NCBI GenBank assembly: GCA_030141605.1 | Contig: JAQGDQ010000067.1 | Coordinates: 248,001 to 312,000 of the forward strand | Reading direction: 5' to 3' | From: Tubiluchus corallicola | Lineage: Eukaryota; Animalia; Priapulida | DNA length: 64,000 nucleotides | Translations under genes and position numbers: made by a program | Part shown: one piece after another, positions 38,701 to 47,236 of the stretch | Layout of the letters: every line of letters begins with the position of its first letter | How positions within the stretch are numbered: position 1 is the stretch's first letter | Notes under the pieces: model-generated | The model's database searches: none | What the model saw: only the letters and a program-made list of their open reading frames with translations | What the model was told of the DNA's origin: nothing

Positions 38701-40850
38701 ACTTAGAAGTTTATTATCCTAGTCCTACATAGAGTGACCGCTACTCAGCCAAGTTTTTAACGACCAACAAAGTGATTTTTTTTTTGGTATCTTATACAGG
38801 AACAGTTCTCAAACAGGATAGGTACTTTCATCTCAGTGGACAAGCCGAGGATCAAAGGACCACCGGTCAAAAGACAACCACTCAAAAGACCACCTTTAAC
38901 ACTTTAAGTGGTCAAAGGACCACCAGTTAGGGGACGGTCAAAGGACTACCAGTGGATGCTCTGACTGCAGCTGTAGTGAAAATGAAACTTCGACTTATGG
39001 TTGATATTTTATTTAATAAAGTGTTACTGATAATTTTTTTGTATTAATATTAATGATTGATAAAAAATGTCTTTTACTTTTTTATTTTCATTTAAAATTT
39101 ATTTCGTACTGTTGCGGGGCTGAGCCTCGCCCTCTGTTGCGTTCAAATTTTCACTCACTCAAGGACGTAGATATGCGGCCTGTATGCTATTTCAAAGTCG
39201 CTTTATGGTAAAACACCCATGTAAATCAAAATGTAATAATCTTACCTACATAAAATTCAAAAATCCTACCTTCTGACTCGCTCAAATTTAAACACTTACC
39301 TATTTCACCTGTGCGAAGTCTATAAAAATAAGTGGTGGCACTGTTTCCTGTTTCTGTTTCCTTGAGTTCAGTGGTTGCTGGAGCTTGAGCACCAAGCAGG
39401 ACAAGCCTGCACCCGCCCTCCCGGGACTTGTTTCCCAACTGTTTGGAGTGGTGAACCCTCAAGGGTAGATTCATTTTTATGTTTTATGTTTAGCCAGCTA
39501 TTTGTTTTTTTTTTGGTTATAAAGATTTTTTCAAACATTAACATTTTAATTTTACAAAATTACTAAGTTAGTCAAGATTTTGGTCGGGCCTTATGCCGCT
39601 CGTTCAATGCTGGTAAATGTTTCCCAGTGGTTTGGTTTAGTAATTTCGTTTCAGGATGTCGTTTTCAAACAGAAGTTTCTCGCCCACCGATAGCTCTGGT
39701 TCCAGGGCTGATTACTACACCCTGGCGACGAGAACCCGACGTTAGAACAGTACATTAGAAAAGTACACAGTATGGCAAGAAAAGGTAAACACTTATCTGT
39801 ACACTAGACTAACAGATAAAAAACTAATTATATGCTTTAAAAAGCAACGGAAATCATTTTTATTAAGTAGGTTTGAGGATAGAGTTTTTGGGGGAGTTTT
39901 TACTATAAAAACACCGCTTTTATAACTGATCAATAACTGATGTATAATCACGTACTTCGTCATCATTAGGAAAAGTTCTAGTGTTTGTGGATCGTTTCAC
40001 GGAACGTATGAAACATCTTCTCACATTAATTAGTGTTTATCAGTGTCAGGTTCCGAGATAACGGGACAGCATCATTATAATAAAAATTTCATGCAGGTGT
40101 GACATTCCTACCTGAAAACAAACTTTGCCGCCTATTACCCCCTTGGATGCGGTTTCTTTCTTATTGCGGTAACATCTTGGCTCCAAAGAGCTGCTGCTTT
40201 TTAATTTTCTGTCGAAGTATTTTTGTTGAAAATAATTTGTGAATAAAACTGAAATCAGTTGTTATGAGTTATACATTAAGATACTATTTCCAAGCAGCCA
40301 AGCAAGGTCCCATCGATTTCCTTACTAAACGTACAGGTATTCGAATCACATGAAATTTGGTGTTGCATCATTGATAACACACCAAAATAATTTCTACCAT
40401 TCAGTTCACCTAGCACTAAAAACGGAATCTAGAGATGGACTGGTTGCTTCAAGTAAAACAGTGTTGGTCCCTCAGTCTATCAAACTTTTGACCCATTGAC
40501 AAGCCGTTAGATGCCTGTTAGACATGACGTGATTAGGAAAAGTTGGTAGAAGCTGGGACAGTTTCCCAGATACTGTATTAAGTATTATAATGATTTTGAT
40601 TCCTCTGCCAATCACTACTAACTAATACAGTTCAGTCATGAATATTAGTCACATGGCATGCTCAAAGTGTGCTTGCTCTGACCATTTCAATTAAATCTAC
40701 AAACGAAAATATTTTTGAATAAATCTCGGAAATTATTAAGTCACGTAAAAGTCCAATCTCAAATCACTCACTTTGACCCGAAGTACAGACGAAGCATAAT
40801 AGCACCATAAAAATGAGTACGTAGACAGACGCCGCAGTCATGTTGCTCAT
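8198..40850 (-). CDS. Cadherin-related transmembrane protein, 5 EC repeats, PCDH15/Cad99C/CDHR5-like; 15 coding exons, about 702 aa
   Basis: Join (minus) 40772-40850, 38383-38457, 37849-37994, 37249-37323, 36904-36996, 30846-30953, 30424-30516, 29855-29980, 25774-25864, 22177-22786, 21685-21854, 20323-20449, 18679-18797, 8315-8496, 8198-8212. All introns are GT-AG with matching phases and one open frame. Linkers DDINNKVPYF, DEDNLNPVF, GINDNAPSF, KTNKKNPVF. Confidence 0.9.
8315..8496 (-). CDS. Cadherin cytoplasmic exon (IGNGVHHYEQYYGNYNSPSPK...EQLYKDKNK)
   Basis: AG acceptor at 8497-8498 and GTATGC donor. The phase-1 start matches exon 18679-18797. Lies within ORF 8198..8602. Confidence 0.8.
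12952..13140 (+). repeat. 5' LTR
   Basis: TGAAATCTTGTGATTAG...GCCAAAG, a direct repeat of 17376-17554, with internal AATAAA. Confidence 0.85.
17376..17554 (+). repeat. 3' LTR
   Basis: Diverged direct repeat of 12952-13140. Confidence 0.85.
18679..18797 (-). CDS. Cadherin juxtamembrane cytoplasmic exon (LKQTDNETGPQPGKLYQNPANYDLAIEKHEAMVGNGKGK)
   Basis: TTTACAG acceptor and GTTGGT donor. Phases 2/1 fit both neighbours. Confidence 0.85.
20323..20449 (-). CDS. Cadherin transmembrane exon (FSIIIILAAIAGIMFIVILLLAVFLIR)
   Basis: TTTTCAG acceptor and GTAAGT donor, with a hydrophobic stretch of about 25 aa followed by a basic residue. Confidence 0.92.
21685..21854 (-). CDS. Cadherin exon, second half of EC5
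   Basis: YFEINNKGEIFTT...CSVAEILVTLP, with TTTATAG acceptor and GTAAGT donor. Confidence 0.9.
22177..22786 (-). CDS. Cadherin large exon (end of EC3, EC4, start of EC5)
   Basis: ORF 22173..22820: FQINTKTGIITV, GINDNAPSF, ENAPVGTTVLQVSATDADE, AVASDG. TTGCAG acceptor and GTAAGC donor. Confidence 0.97.
23740..25236 (+). mobile_element. Highly decayed Gypsy 3' remnant: integrase traces, PPT and LTR (about 25012-25236)
   Basis: HHCC-like HRFNHRGIDQ...SCQVNK and an NLPARY tail near 24710-24730. Purine tract AGTGGGGCGGTGA directly precedes TGTGAAG..., and AATAAA lies at about 25181. Confidence 0.5.
23742..24017 (+). repeat. Duplicated block of about 110 bp (period about 165 bp)
   Basis: TCTCTTGCTGAGTGAGATGGACACTCTCC...CCTTCCATC occurs at about 23742 and about 23907. 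Confidence 0.8.
25576..25731 (+). repeat. Tandem duplication, two copies of about 78 bp
   Basis: TTTTACAATGAC.AATATGCTAAAGCTACATTTC...CTCTTTG.TGTTATAT occurs twice. Confidence 0.85.
25774..25864 (-). CDS. Cadherin exon, EC3 (GTPLDISPNVIYALDQDTGINSPILYSFPI)
   Basis: TTTTAG acceptor and GTTAGT donor. Phases 0/1 bridge 29855 and 22786, and it contains an AxDxD motif. Confidence 0.9.
26716..26770 (+). repeat. (AAT)n microsatellite
   Basis: Direct observation. Confidence 0.95.
28055..28929 (-). mobile_element. Internally deleted hAT transposon retaining the C-terminal dimerisation domain
   Basis: TIRs CAGTGGCAGCTA / TAGCCACCACTG. 8-bp TSD CTCCACCT (28047-28054) / CTGCACCT (28930-28937). ORF 28281..28556 reads TIPITTSEPECYFSTLKRIKTFLRSTMNHERLNAL. 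Confidence 0.9.
29855..29980 (-). CDS. Cadherin exon, EC2/EC3 (DGGSPPLWSFSNLTVNVIDEDNLNPVF...)
   Basis: Canonical DGGxP and DxDxxNPxF motifs, with CTCTAG acceptor and GTAAGC donor. Confidence 0.93.
30424..30516 (-). CDS. Cadherin exon, EC2 (DYLMLSHKDVILAKKLDYRVVTTLTVMLKIQ)
   Basis: LDY motif, ACAG acceptor, GTATGT donor, phase 0/0. Confidence 0.88.
30846..30953 (-). CDS. Cadherin exon, EC2 (LVEVGTTLITVNGADDDYEHPNNFLYYSLEPGLPYF)
   Basis: Within ORF 30798..31121, with TTGCAG acceptor and GTAAGT donor. Confidence 0.9.
35712..35762 (-). mobile_element. tRNA-derived SINE fragment (B-box plus conserved core start)
   Basis: Minus strand AGTTCAATTGCCGGCCGAGTCATATCAAAGACTTAAAAAATGGTACC resembles the B-box...GTCATACCAAAGACTTTAAAAATGGTAC head of invertebrate SINEs (recognised from memory). 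Confidence 0.45.
36904..36996 (-). CDS. Cadherin exon, EC1/EC2 linker (KLIIQIDVYVDDINNKVPYFTGAPYETNVSE)
   Basis: DINNxxPxF linker, TTTACAG acceptor, GTGAGT donor. Confidence 0.92.
37249..37323 (-). CDS. Cadherin exon, EC1 (IESDKDTYNSPIRLTIDCQAKQGPQ)
   Basis: TTTTAG acceptor, GTATGC donor, phase 0/0. Confidence 0.85.
37849..37994 (-). CDS. Cadherin exon, EC1 (GYIVGLIKVNGDDADISLLLED...KDMAVW)
   Basis: CTACAG acceptor, GTAAGT donor, phases 1/0. Confidence 0.87.
38383..38457 (-). CDS. Cadherin exon, EC1 start (NSLCEYDGIESGLPLTFDMLENETAG)
   Basis: TTTTAG acceptor, GTAGGT donor, phases 1/1. Confidence 0.85.
38845..39935. mobile_element. Non-autonomous DNA element with GGTCAAAGGACCACC arrays, copy 1 (carries a solo LTR)
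   Basis: Colinear with 46646-47120 once 39110-39753 is removed. Confidence 0.75.
39110..39749 (+). mobile_element. Solo LTR (640 bp, TGTT...AACA) with 4-bp TSD GTAC
   Basis: GTAC at 39106-39109 and 39750-39753. The related copy at about 46945 has the empty site TTTCGTACATTAG. Confidence 0.85.
40772..40850 (-). CDS. Cadherin first coding exon, signal peptide MSNMTAASVYVLIFMVLLCFVCTSGQ
   Basis: Hydrophobic core and small-residue cleavage site. An in-frame TGA directly precedes the ATG. GTGAGT donor is phase 1. The acceptor at 40869-40870 implies an upstream UTR exon. Confidence 0.85.
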
Positions 40851-41186
40851 TCAGACAACAACGCACACCTGTAATCATTACAGAACAATTTAGTATATAA
40901 TCTCGGGAATTACAATCTTTGCAAATTAATGTAAAAAAACTGTTGCCTCAGTTTGATAGTAATTTATTGTATTTTAGGAGTTAGCTACATAGATAGAAAT
41001 TTATTTTAGTATACATTAAAATTGCGTTCATTTCTCTAAACGATGTTTCCATAACGGCCAAACTTGGTAATTTAGTAACTGTATAAATCAGTTTTTAGGT
41101 AATAAAACTGTAAAAAATAATTCAAAAGTTCTCAACACCTCGTACGGACGATGCAAACGCTTTGAAAATTCATTTTTATGATTTGC

Positions 41187-41294
<108 letters not shown>

Positions 41295-41436
41295 TTTATT
41301 CGTATATCACTTGTGCAGTAATGCATATACATACATTGTACGAATAGTACGCTATGTTATTTACATAGTAGTTAACAAATAATAATTATGGAATAATGGT
41401 TAATTGGTTAGTGGTTACAATAATTACACTGTACGG

Positions 41437-42548
41437 TTTAAGTCCGCTTCCCAGAAAAAACATTTCCAAGGAAATATTTTTCCTAGAAAACTCGTTTCAC
41501 AGAAAAAGTATTTCCCAGAAATATTTTTTAACGGAAAAATCCCGGCTGCGTTTTTAGTTGCAAGATCTGCCTTTGGTTTCTTACTTCTGTTTGCCTCTTC
41601 TCTACCTCCTTTCCTCCTTACCCATCTCATTTTTTCCTCTCTTCCTCTCTCCTCCTGTCTTTTCTTGTCCCACTCTATTCTCTCTCTCTCTCTTTCTTTC
41701 TCAATACCTCTTTCCCTATCTTTTCTGCTAATAGTTTTCACAGCGCTTTAAGTAAGGACTATCATAATTATTGAAAATGACGCAATGTATCCAGCACAAC
41801 AGACGTCTGAATGTGCCGTATTTTAACGAGTTTAACTCATGTTGATATTTCTCCTGTAAATTGATTACAACTAATTTTAGCGTTAAATTACAATCAATAA
41901 GCCATATATCACCTCAAATTTAATCAATTTTCAATGGCTTTGAAAATGAAGTTTAATAAACAATCTAGAAAATGAAAACAACGAGCCTTATGTTGGAGTT
42001 TAAATTTGCCCAATAAACTATGCTCCTTCACAAGATTTTTTACAGATTACTTTATGGGTAGGACCGGATCCTAGTTCATTTTTAAAATAATTCTCTGAGA
42101 CAAAATGTTAAACAGACAGAGGTGTCACAGTCACAATCAGATGCATGTACACCCTCCCTTAATCAGCGAAATAATTCGGTATAGCAGTGAAAGGAACTGT
42201 CCAAAGTGAGGTTAATTAGCAGTCACCTAACTAATCCGTTGCCAGGCTTGACAATACCTCACTTCAGTAGCCAATCACACCCCGTGATTATTCACTATTG
42301 CGGATATTCTGATATTCTGCGGATATTACAAATCTACTTTCTTGCCTTAATGAGTTGACCAATTTTTTTATAATATAATCGGTATTAATCGAAACACGTA
42401 GTTAAAACAAACAACTTTTTATTTCGCATCATCTAACTGCGTTTTAAAAACGATTTATTACATTTTCTGTGAAATATATTTTCTGGGAAATGACAAATTC
42501 TGGGAAACAATTCTGACAAAAAACTTTTCTGTTAACGAGTCTACCCCC
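41437..42548. mobile_element. MITE-like element with inverted arrays of TTTCCCAGAA / TTCTGGGAAA
   Basis: A motif array at 41447-41525 and its reverse complement at 42463-42530. Ends are approximate and no TSD was identified. Confidence 0.5.
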
Positions 42549-42774
42549 ACGCTCACGCCACCCCCACGGTGCATGATTTATAATTTCCGTTAGTTCATAA
42601 TGACACAGTGGCATATAGCATAATTTTATTCAAACAGTCCAAAATTACTAATGCGCCAGGTGATCCTCCTAGGTGAGAGGCTTCAGCCTGGTTAGAGGCA
42701 GACGCCTAAATACACAGTATTTTAATGCATTTTAACCAACCGTTCCTTTTTGTCCAACAGCTAAACGCCGTTTT

Positions 42775-42912
42775 TTTGGCAGAAACTTCCATTTTCGATG
42801 CATGTGTTTCTCAGCAGTTTTCTTATGTTCTGATGATCCTTTCAAAAATATTAAGGGTGTTCCTTTGTCACCCTTGAGCATTTTGACATGTTGGGCTAAA
42901 AGTATTACAGTG
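42775..42912 (+). repeat. Dispersed repeat with copies at about 48745-48800 (+) and 53525-53660 (-)
   Basis: Shared GGCTGAACCTTGCA...TTTCTCAGCAGTTTTCT, and in two copies ...AATATTAAGGGTG...CACCC. Confidence 0.6.
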
Positions 42913-44876
42913 AAAGATATGTGTGCTATGGTGCGGTAAATGTTACATTGGGTGGTAGTGAGTTCTAAAGTTTAGGTCCGCTATAGCTAATGAAATGTTT
43001 TGCAATACTGGTTCTGCAGTAACTAATCATTGTATTGTTAATCATTATATCGAGAATTATGTGATTTGAGATTCTTAATTACAGGATTCTTGAAACGTGT
43101 AGGGAATAGATCATTGTTATTTTTATAAAAAAATGGCAGTTTTATAGGAAATCAGATCATCAATTATTAGTACTCTACACTCGCTATAGCTTGATTTAGT
43201 AACTGAACTGAATTTGGAGAGTCTGTACAGGGTGCGTACAAATTTACGTTGCAAGCTGTGAAGTGGATTTAAGTTGGTCTTGTAAGTACTACCCCAAAGC
43301 ATATTTATATAGGAAAGATATGGTAAGATAATGTGTTATATAAAGTTATTATATAAGTTATAAAGGTAATCTAAATAATCTAATTCTAATCTAAGCCTAA
43401 ATCTGATTGTATTCCGTTTGTTTCTTTTTTTTTGTAAGATTTGTCGGATATAACGAACAAATCCGTTTCTTTCAGGAGTGATAAGAACTCCATCTAAATA
43501 CAGAAAAAACTCATAGATTTTGGTAGAACGCCGTTTGGAGGACTGGATGCCTGGCACGCGAGTTGAATTATTTGACTATTCAAACTGAACGGCAATTCAT
43601 TTCTCAAACTTTAAAAAACTTAACAATAAGTAAACGACAATTACAACAAATAAAACAGACATCGAATGGATTTTTTCCATCGAACTAACTCAAACGCAGC
43701 CAGGCTCACGTTTACATAAACTTTTAGAAAAAGGTGAACCTGGCACTCTCTTCGTATGACCGAAAATAATAGGCGCTGATAATAATTTGCCGATATCACG
43801 CAACGAAGGAATTACAACCATCAGATAAAGGTGATGTATTTGTGCATGACAGATTCCTGATATACTCATCTACAACCTACGAGAATTTGAAAACCTTACT
43901 TTTCCCAGGTAAGAGCAGTCAATAACAGATTCACTATATTTATGATTTACATATTTTAATACTATGATAAACAAAATAAATATATTTTGTGTATGAATAG
44001 CAAATATTTACTAGACACAATTTACACAGTAAAACAGTAGCTCGTCGTTAACCATAACGATTTTTATATACAAGTACCTGCTTACAGGTGAAAAGAAGCA
44101 GACGTAATCAGAAGCTCAGTTGTGAGCCAAATACAAACTTCCTTTAACATATTGCTGTAGGAACAGATAATAAAAGCAAACATTTCCTCTGTGATCTCAG
44201 AGTTTTAGATTGATCATTTGATATTTTGTTATCACAAGCCAAAAAATTGACGATAATTGCGAAATTAATTGTTGAAAATTCTCGTATTGATGTACTACGG
44301 TCATTAACTCAGTCATTGAGGCGATCATCAAAGTGACAATGCCATTCGGGTCACTGTTCGCGAAAGAACATAAAAACGGATATTTCCCGTGGATATAGGC
44401 GGCTACTTCTATTAACTACAGGCTCCCAATATGAGCCTCAACAACACCACTATGGTAACAGCTTAAAGCAAAGTGCAAACTGAATTAGTCCAGTTTATTT
44501 TGTACACAAAACAGACGGTTTTTGACGAAGTATTGTGTATACCTAAAGGATGAAGCGTATAGAGATCAGTCTCTGGTTTACCTTTTCTCAGTGGTAAAAG
44601 GTAAAAATTCTTCAAAGAACGAACCTTAAAAATTCTTCAAAGAACGTTCCTTAAAGAAATTACACAAAAACAAAAAAGGAAATCCTTGGCTGTAGGCACT
44701 ATAGCAAAATAACCCAAAAAGGACTACCAAATTTCAACTTAGTCAATACCATATTATGCGAATAATTAGCTATACATATACGAATGTTTTTAATTTCATT
44801 TTTCTCATAGCGTTTTTAAACTACATATAGGAATAACATGTATTAATCGCTTTACTAGAAATAATAACCAAACACA

Positions 44877-44879
<3 letters not shown>

Positions 44880-44949
<70 letters not shown>

Positions 44950-44965
44950 ACTCACTCACTCACAC
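44880..44965 (+). repeat. (CT)n microsatellite followed by (CACT)n
   Basis: Direct observation. Confidence 0.95.
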
Positions 44966-45779
44966 ACTCGCTCTCGCTGTCTATAAAAAAGTAACTAAAG
45001 ATAACAGTGTCACTTTGGCTAATTATAATTTTAATTCTAACCACAAACAGCAATTTTGCTTGACAATAACAGAAGTTTGACAAAAAATTTATTGATGTTT
45101 GGTGTTTTCCAAAATTCGGTGGAAATTAAAATGTCTCTCCAGATAATTCGCTTGTCTAGTAAAACGGCACGTACTATTTGTACAAAAAAATAAGTTGCAA
45201 TTTTGCGAGACAAAAATCTACTGTAATTTTTGAATATAAATCGAAGCATAAAATAACATGTAACATGCAAATATTCTTAAATGATTTTTAAAAGCTTGTA
45301 CTTAGTAATATGTGCAGTGAATGTATAAAAGTCCATCTATATTGTATAAATATAATGCTGATATGCTCAAAAGTTTCACCGCCCTCCACTCCTCTCGCCG
45401 CTATGATTGTCACGACATAAATTAATGTTAAATGCGTTGTTATGTCCCGAATCATAAAAAAATTCCGCGTCCCACACCAGCTAAGTCACAAATTTTCAGC
45501 TTCTCCAATACATATCTTACAAACGCATCACGATACATGGAAACTACATCAGTCTACATGTACAAAACACAAAATAAAATTACACTTTTTTCTCAAGAAA
45601 CGTCTAAATTTCAGGCTGATTTGCTAATAATCTGAGTTAGCATGATTCGAGAAACATGACACTAGCAACCATCAGTCAAGCAGGTTGACTGGTTACTCGG
45701 CAATGTTCCGTGAAAGCGTCATGAAACAGAAAGTGAATCAATACTCGCACAAAGAAACGCTAATGTAATGACAACTCAC

Positions 45780-45955
45780 CTGTGTGTGCACAGGCTGTAT
45801 TAGTTATTACTTGTTTTTGGTTTACTTATACTTAACTGTGTTGTCTTGTCTTGTGTGTGCTTAGCGATCCAAGTAAAGTAATGCCTCGTTAGCAAATGGA
45901 TGAGTGACCACCAAGAAAATACTGCCTTGGCGATTTATCTCACCGAGTTTATATA
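45780..45955 (-). promoter_or_regulatory. Candidate cadherin core promoter and non-coding exon 1 (about 45780-45923)
   Basis: Minus TATATAAA at 45948-45955, an Inr-like GCAGTAT with its A at 45923 (32 nt from the first T), an ATG-free 144-nt exon and a strong donor CAG|GTGAGT at 45780. Confidence 0.5.
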
Positions 45956-45964
45956 AGTTTTCCA

Positions 45965-46585
45965 GCAATAGAAGAATCTGTTGATATTCTTCGTGAATCA
46001 AGTGAGGTTGTAGTTTTCAATGAAACAATTTCTTGGTAGAGAACAATGCTGCATATAAGAATCCCACAGGAAGAAAACTGGGTGTATAATAATTTGTTCT
46101 ATATCTAGGAACATCCATTGTGAAGGAGTAAAAAAGCGAATACTACGAACGAACTGTCGGCATTTAAAAACCAGTAACAAGAGGTCGTCAGAGCATCTTC
46201 CTTAGTAGAAATAAAAGAGGTTTAATGTAGCAAACTAACTTTCGATAAGCAAGATAAAGAGGCTGCACGGTTAAACTTCAAATCAGACCCAACCAGCTTG
46301 ACAATACGTGTTTTGCAATCTGGCAAGTGGGTTAAAGTACCAATATGAGGCACTACTTCAGATGTAACTGCAGTATTCCATGCAAGGTCAAATGGTCAAG
46401 TTGTAAAGAAAGAATATATATAGCTTCAGGAGTTAAATAACTATGAACACGATAAAGGCAATGGATAGTCTGGTAACTTGTTAATGAATAGCTGAAACAA
46501 TGAGGAACCCCAACATTTACGTCGTACACAGACAAAGGCTGTCCTTCATAAATAACTAGCAAACTGCGATTGTTGAAATATGATA
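45965..46585 (-). mobile_element. Decayed LINE ORF2 3' fragment (CR1-like)
   Basis: YFNNRSLLVIYEGQPLSVYDVNVGVP, RTNYYTPSFLP and SLPRNCFIENYNL...NINRF. Confidence 0.65.
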
Positions 46586-46645
46586 ATATTTTTTATAATA
46601 AACAGAATAATACTTGCCACCTGTGCCAGTACTCTTGTACTCTTG

Positions 46646-47236
46646 GGTAAGGGACGGTCAAATAACCACCGGACAATGGACCACAGGTCAAGAGACCACT
46701 AATCAAAGGACCACCTTTAGGATTTTAAAAGTGGTCAAAAGACCACCAATTAGGGCGGTGGACTAAGGACCATTGATCAAAGGACTACCAGTAGATTTGC
46801 TGACAGCCGCTTTAGTGAAAATACACCTTTGATAACTGATTTACGTTAACATTTTACTTAACAAAGTGTTACTGATAATTTTTTGTGATAATATTAATGA
46901 ATGCTAAAAACGTGTTATAGTTTTTTATTTTTATTTAAAATTTATTTCGTACATTAGAGAAGTACATAACATGGCAAGAAAAGTTAAAACACATCTGTAC
47001 ACGAGACGAACAGAAAAATCCAAATAGGTGCTTTAAAAAGAAACGAAAATCGTTTTTATTAAGTAGGCTTGAGGATAGAGTTTTTGGGAGAGTTTTTACT
47101 ATAAAAACAGTTTTATAACTGATGGTGGTCGCTTGCTTTTCATAGTTTTGATATTTATTCAAACATACTACACGTGAAAAATCACATAATTAACGTGGTG
47201 CTTAACGTGACTGTTGGTCCTTTGACCCTACGACCA
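46646..47236. mobile_element. Non-autonomous DNA element with GGTCAAAGGACCACC arrays, copy 2 (no LTR)
   Basis: Left motif array, inverted GGTCCTTTGACC at the right end, and homology to 38845-39935. Confidence 0.75.

Noticed and set aside
38850-38955. Short repeated GGTCAAAGGACCACC units (also 46655 and 60605 arrays) as a CRISPR array
   Set aside because: Units are about 15 bp, degenerate and lack unique spacers. There are no cas genes, the context is eukaryotic, and MITE subterminal repeats explain them.
44577-44660. Hairpin TTACCTTTT...AAAAGGTAA and 23-bp tandem duplication
   Set aside because: Short and AT-rich, with no element boundaries or further support.
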